A stretch of 26,649 bases of DNA from a virus (Duplodnaviria; Caudoviricetes). Positions 22,318-26,649 of the stretch are shown here, one piece after another. A model generated the notes under the pieces. The model worked only from the letters and a program-made list of their open reading frames with translations. It ran no database searches and was not told the DNA's origin. The position numbers were made by a program, and so were the translations under genes. Where the stretch lies: positions 1 through 26,649 of IMG/VR virus record IMGVR_UViG_3300025314_000088; one strand, given 5' to 3'. Position 1 is the stretch's first letter. Every line of letters begins with the position of its first letter.

Positions 22318-22851
22318 TTAATTCAATAACCTCCATTCCCCGTTTGACCCGGCCCCTATCGTCACCGTTTCCGCCGCTGCCTCGCATCTGAACTGCATCT
22401 GCACTGCCCCGGCGTTCACCCCGTTTATGAGCATGCCCTCAATGATCGTGAATTTATTGGCGGTGAGCTGTGAGGGATTGGAGGTCGGGGTTGAAAAACC
22501 GGAAACCTCCTCATGGGTCAACGTCGGTCCGATGGCGAAAAACTCTATCCTGAACCTGAACTTGGTGGGGCTTGCCGGTCCGGTGAACTGATACCAGAGT
22601 CCGCAGGCAGCCGCCGTTGAGGATGCTTCAAGGACAAACCTGAATTTGTAAGTCTTGCCGGCCAGTGCGTTGAAGGTCAGGCCGGTCACATTGGCCATCG
22701 TCTGCGTGCTGTTCGCAACATCGGACGCAACCCGCATCGTCCCCGACTTGGCAATCCCGGGTGCTACGTTCGGCCAGATGTCGTGGACCGTCCGCCAGTC
22801 TTCCTTCAGGTGATTGTCGAGCGCCGTTTGCTTTGCCGCTTCATCAGCCAT
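22318..22851 (-). CDS. Tail-associated beta-sandwich protein
   Basis: TGLTFNALAGKTYKFRF...GAVQMQFR beta-rich pattern; directly after the large tail gene. Confidence 0.6.
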   Translation of the reverse strand: MADEAAKQTALDNHLKEDWRTVHDIWPNVAPGIAKSGTMRVASDVANSTQTMANVTGLTFNALAGKTYKFRFVLEASSTAAACGLWYQFTGPASPTKFRFRIEFFAIGPTLTHEEVSGFSTPTSNPSQLTANKFTIIEGMLINGVNAGAVQMQFRCEAAAETVTIGAGSNGEWRLLN

Positions 22852-25800
22852 TACACGATCTCCGCCACGAAGTGAGTCTTTGCCGCCGCCGGCGATTTGG
22901 TGATGGCCAGAATTCTAAGATCTAGCTCCGAGGCCGCCCCCGCCGCGCTGAAGAAACGATCCCGGGAGTATTTGATGACGTCCCCCGGCATAACGCCCAG
23001 GAGCAGGAGGGAAACTTCATCCTCAATTATTTCCTTGCCCAGGTCGTCGATCAGTGAATTGATGAGCGCCTGCGCGTCGCTTGCCGTAGTCAGGAAGGTA
23101 CAAAGCGGAAGCTCCTTGGCCGTCCGGTGTTTCCATCCTGCCTCGTTGAGTACGACGCTTAGATATGAATAATTCCCCGTCTGCGGATTCTGGTCATAAT
23201 AGACAGTCACTTTTTGGAAAATGTCGTCGAAGCGCTTATCCTGCCGGTGTGAGAAGATGTGATGATTGCGGACATACCGCGCCGACTCCGATGCCGCCGT
23301 CGCCTTGGGCCTGATCCCTATCCGGCCCTCGGCGTCCTGGAAGCTATAGGCTTGGATTGTCTGCTCGAGCTGTCGGATGGCGTCGCCCGAGCTTATGTCC
23401 TGGTAGAGCGGAACGCTGATGGCCGTCGTTTTCACCGTCTTCGTGTAATAGAGCCAATCAAGGTTGAGCTCTGAGTCTGCGAGCCCAAGGAAATTATTGC
23501 ACATATATTTGAAAATATCCGCGCCGTTGGTCAGCGCTTCATCCGCCGAGTTGACCGCGCCCGTAAACTCAACGAGGAGAAAGTCCGAGTCCTCCCACGG
23601 GTAAGCGCGGGCCAGGGTTATCACCCCGTTCTGATAGTCGATATAGAAATCGGTGTCCACCGTAAGCGTCACTTCGCCCCGCTTCGAGACCGATGTAACA
23701 CTCTTTATCCGCCCGTCATGGAGCTTGAATCTTTTGGCAACAGTATCGATGCAGACGGGGACCGTATTCGCCTTTGTCCCGAAATAGAACGGAACCTTGG
23801 TGTCCTTCTGGGCGCTCTCGATGAGGTTGGGGTACGTCTCAATCGAGTACGAGTTGAGCGGCAGGCTCCGTTCGCAGCCCTCCCGCAAATCCCGAAGGTC
23901 GAGGCCGAAACTGCTATCGTCAATTCCACGGTCCTTGACGATGCCGGTATAGATCGTTTCAAACTGCGCGTAGCTGAAGTCAATCCCCCCGGCCTTTAAT
24001 ATGAGCCGGGCGTTCTCCCAAACGTAGAGTGCGTAGCGCCTGTCGAAATACCATTCGTCTCCGACCTTGCCGTTGATGAATGATACCCGGCCCGATGAGA
24101 CCATGTAAGTCGATTCAAAGTAACGACTTATCTCATGGGTTATGTCCGGGATTCCATCGCGCTTGAGAAGGCCCAAGTAATTATTACCGTTATATATAGC
24201 CGGATCAGCCGCCGTCTTGTAGTCGCTGAAGTAGAGCCAAAACCCGGCCAGGATTTGAAAGTCAACCGGGTCATCGCCCGTCGAGCTGTGCACATAGAGT
24301 ATCCGATTCCAGTAGTCGAAATAGAACGTCGAGGCAGTCGCTTCTACCTCTGTGATGGATGACTTCTCCACATAGGCTTCGCCGTTCTCATGGACTGTCG
24401 TAACGTCTATGCCGCGCTCCTGGATCGTTACTTCATAGGTATAGGTCTGTGCATCGGTAAGGATAAACCCAGCCACTTCCATCTTGGGGTTTATTTCGCA
24501 GAGATAGATGAGTTCCGGTATCGGAGTGCGCAGGAGCGTTTCAAAGAGCGTCTCCGCATGTTGGGCGAGAGTATAGTCGTCATCCGCCGCCGTATAGGAG
24601 GAGTTCCCGGCGGCATTGTAGGCCCTAATCTTGAACCAGTAATGCGTCGAAGGGGTCAGGTCAAAGACCTTGAACCGCGCAAGCCCGGCGCCTATGACGC
24701 AGATTTCGGTGTAATCCGCCCCGTTCAAGGACTTCTCAATCTTGTATCCTGTCTCCGTCGTTGTCGGCGTCCAGGCCAGGACCATATAATCGGCGTCTAT
24801 CTCTGAGATGGAGAATCCCGTCGGAGCCGCCGGTTCGCTGATCGTCGTTGCCTCGGCCTCGTTGGAATAATCCGAGTAGGCCGCGCCCTGCTTGGCGCGC
24901 ACGCGATAGCTGTAGGAAAGGCCCTTGGTCAGCCCGCTGTCCCGGTAGAACGTCGCATTGGGGGGGATGGTAGCGACCTCGGCATAGGAACCCGCCGGCA
25001 GTTCCTTCCGCTCCAGGCGGTGATCGTCCTCCTCATCGGAGTTGTCCTGGAACGTGAGTTCAATCTTCGTATCGGAGAATGGCGTCGCCACGAGATTCGA
25101 GGGTGTCGCTATCCCGGCGAACGTCACCGTGTTGGCCGTGTTCGAGTAGAGCGAATTGCCGTCGCCGTTATAGGCCCGGACCTTGTACCAATACTGGGTG
25201 TTGGAGGAGCGGCCCGTGCGAAGATATGTTTTGACGTTTGCACCGACCGTGGCAATTTGAGAAAATCCCGAACTCGGGCCGGTCGAACTTTCCTCGATCT
25301 TGAATCCCGTTTCGTTGTTGGAGTTGTCCTGCCAATTCAACCGGATTGTCGAGGAGCTCTCCGCCTGGGCCGTAAGCGCAGTCGGCTTGGAAGGGGGGTT
25401 GGTCATGTAAACCGTCGCCTCGTTCGAGAAGGCGCTTGAAACGAGGGCATTATACGCCTTGACTTTGAACGTATAAGTTGCCCCCGGGGTGAGGCCGTCC
25501 TTCTGGTATTCGGTGACATTCGGCCCGACCGTCACCATGTAAATGCCGTTCTTGTAAATCTTGTATCCGCTCTCGGCCTGGGAGTTGTCCTCCCACTCTA
25601 TGAGCGCCGAGTCCGAGTCAACGCAGGTCGCATCACAGCCGGTCGGCTTGGCGAGCCAGGTCGTGGCCGAGGCGGTATTTGAATAATTGGTATATCCTTC
25701 ATTTGGCGGCGTATCCCGATATCCCCGGACGCGAAAATCATAGGATGTTCCGTCCACAAGCCCGGTGCTCTGATAGCTCGTGGGCGTCCCCGGGAGGTTG

Positions 25801-25943
25801 GCGATTTCATTCCAGGACCCGCCGGAGACCCGCCTCTCTACGTGGACCTCATCGTATAAGGGACTCCCGTTTGTCCAGGCAAGATTAATTTTTCCGGTAT
25901 CAACCGCGGCGGCGGTAAGCGCGGTCGGGGCGGCTAACGCCAT
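22851..25943 (-). CDS. Tail tip/hub protein with five N-terminal fibronectin type III repeats
   Basis: Five repeats of the P..L.A...W.DNS..E.G..IE...L...T.Y.Y.VRAY...S.YSN type in the first ~460 aa, then a tail-hub-like region (VPFYFG, FQDAEGRI, PGDVI). Confidence 0.85.
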   Translation of the reverse strand: MALAAPTALTAAAVDTGKINLAWTNGSPLYDEVHVERRVSGGSWNEIANLPGTPTSYQSTGLVDGTSYDFRVRGYRDTPPNEGYTNYSNTASATTWLAKPTGCDATCVDSDSALIEWEDNSQAESGYKIYKNGIYMVTVGPNVTEYQKDGLTPGATYTFKVKAYNALVSSAFSNEATVYMTNPPSKPTALTAQAESSSTIRLNWQDNSNNETGFKIEESSTGPSSGFSQIATVGANVKTYLRTGRSSNTQYWYKVRAYNGDGNSLYSNTANTVTFAGIATPSNLVATPFSDTKIELTFQDNSDEEDDHRLERKELPAGSYAEVATIPPNATFYRDSGLTKGLSYSYRVRAKQGAAYSDYSNEAEATTISEPAAPTGFSISEIDADYMVLAWTPTTTETGYKIEKSLNGADYTEICVIGAGLARFKVFDLTPSTHYWFKIRAYNAAGNSSYTAADDDYTLAQHAETLFETLLRTPIPELIYLCEINPKMEVAGFILTDAQTYTYEVTIQERGIDVTTVHENGEAYVEKSSITEVEATASTFYFDYWNRILYVHSSTGDDPVDFQILAGFWLYFSDYKTAADPAIYNGNNYLGLLKRDGIPDITHEISRYFESTYMVSSGRVSFINGKVGDEWYFDRRYALYVWENARLILKAGGIDFSYAQFETIYTGIVKDRGIDDSSFGLDLRDLREGCERSLPLNSYSIETYPNLIESAQKDTKVPFYFGTKANTVPVCIDTVAKRFKLHDGRIKSVTSVSKRGEVTLTVDTDFYIDYQNGVITLARAYPWEDSDFLLVEFTGAVNSADEALTNGADIFKYMCNNFLGLADSELNLDWLYYTKTVKTTAISVPLYQDISSGDAIRQLEQTIQAYSFQDAEGRIGIRPKATAASESARYVRNHHIFSHRQDKRFDDIFQKVTVYYDQNPQTGNYSYLSVVLNEAGWKHRTAKELPLCTFLTTASDAQALINSLIDDLGKEIIEDEVSLLLLGVMPGDVIKYSRDRFFSAAGAASELDLRILAITKSPAAAKTHFVAEIV

Positions 25944-26649
25944 CTATAATTTCTCCCGCAAATTAAGGCTCCAAGACCAGCTACCATGATTGTCCAACAC
26001 CGGCTGTATGAGTTCGGTATTTTTAACGAAATATGATTGATTGCTCGGAGAGTCAGAATCGAGACAGACGACAAAACCGTAGGATATCCCAACCTCCTCA
26101 AAAAACAGAATTATGCCGTCAGCATCGACGTCGAGAAGGCCATTGTAAGGCAGTGTCCATATTTTTCGCCGGGGACGGGGTTGCCCATATTCGACAAGCG
26201 AATGGCCCTCCTCAACCCAGGAGCTATCATCCTTCCCCCTTACATACGATCGCGCGACAGACCGGCTTAGCTCCCAATACGTACCCATGACCACGGGGCC
26301 GATATGGATATAAGAATTCGGATTCGTCGGGTCCTCAACCTGAATTTGGACATAGCGCTTGGTGCTTGAGGAGCCGAAGAAATAAAACAGATTTGTCGGG
26401 TTATGAGTGATCGTCACTTCCACAAGATTCACGGTAAAGGCGTCATCGTCCGCCCCGCGCCATTTGATTGTTGCTGAGGCGGAAATATTGTGATTGAGAA
26501 GGACCAGGCAATTCACCGTCTGGGCAGTCAGAAGATCATTTGTGATGAAGGCCCGCGGATAGTGGATTCGGCGGTAGTCGCCATCATACGTCAACGCCCC
26601 CGTGTCATCCGCCGCGTCCGAGAACCCGCAGAGGCCGGAAATATCGGCG
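25944..26649 (-). CDS. Tail protein, 5'-truncated by the window edge
   Basis: The frame stays open upstream of the track's TTG 26594 to the edge (ADISGLCGFSDAADDTGALTYDGD...); LLNHNI, KRYVQIQVED and IHIGPVVMG motifs; adjacent to the hub gene. Confidence 0.7.
   Translation of the reverse strand, partial: ADISGLCGFSDAADDTGALTYDGDYRRIHYPRAFITNDLLTAQTVNCLVLLNHNISASATIKWRGADDDAFTVNLVEVTITHNPTNLFYFFGSSSTKRYVQIQVEDPTNPNSYIHIGPVVMGTYWELSRSVARSYVRGKDDSSWVEEGHSLVEYGQPRPRRKIWTLPYNGLLDVDADGIILFFEEVGISYGFVVCLDSDSPSNQSYFVKNTELIQPVLDNHGSWSWSLNLREKL

Noticed and set aside
22318-25943. Diversity-generating retroelement target in the tail genes
   Set aside because: No reverse transcriptase and no adenine-specific TR/VR repeat pair seen in the window.

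Overview
A ~26.6 kb piece of a tailed dsDNA phage genome. Every credible gene lies on the minus strand. In transcription order (right to left): tail genes (including a 1030-aa protein with five FN3 repeats), a GH-like TIM-barrel protein, a promoter-bearing intergenic region, early/recombination genes (Cas4-like nuclease, Gp3-like protein), a terminator and second promoter, a replication initiator with internal iteron-like repeats, a DNA adenine methylase, a cluster of small ORFs with a radical SAM enzyme, a resolvase-like nuclease, a lysis region (holin-like, XRE HTH, NlpC/P60, lipoprotein), a metallophosphoesterase, TerS, a PBSX-type TerL, portal, small head-region genes and a protease-scaffold gene that runs off the left edge. 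No integrase, divergent repressor, tRNA, CRISPR array or RT was seen. The main finding is a 69-nt structured RNA element present twice, just downstream of each of the two best sigma70-like promoters (20407-20475 and 16087-16155). The copies align without gaps at 45/69 identity with 7 compensatory base-pair changes, and each has its own variable loop complementary to its own transcript 5' end. Other highlights: a small protein sharing the scaffold's C-terminal motif (KYLDPxxNPMI), repeated gene-junction sequences in the small-ORF cluster, an XRE gene with no canonical start, and several SSB-tail-like C-termini. All calls come from reading the sequence by eye; no database searches were run.
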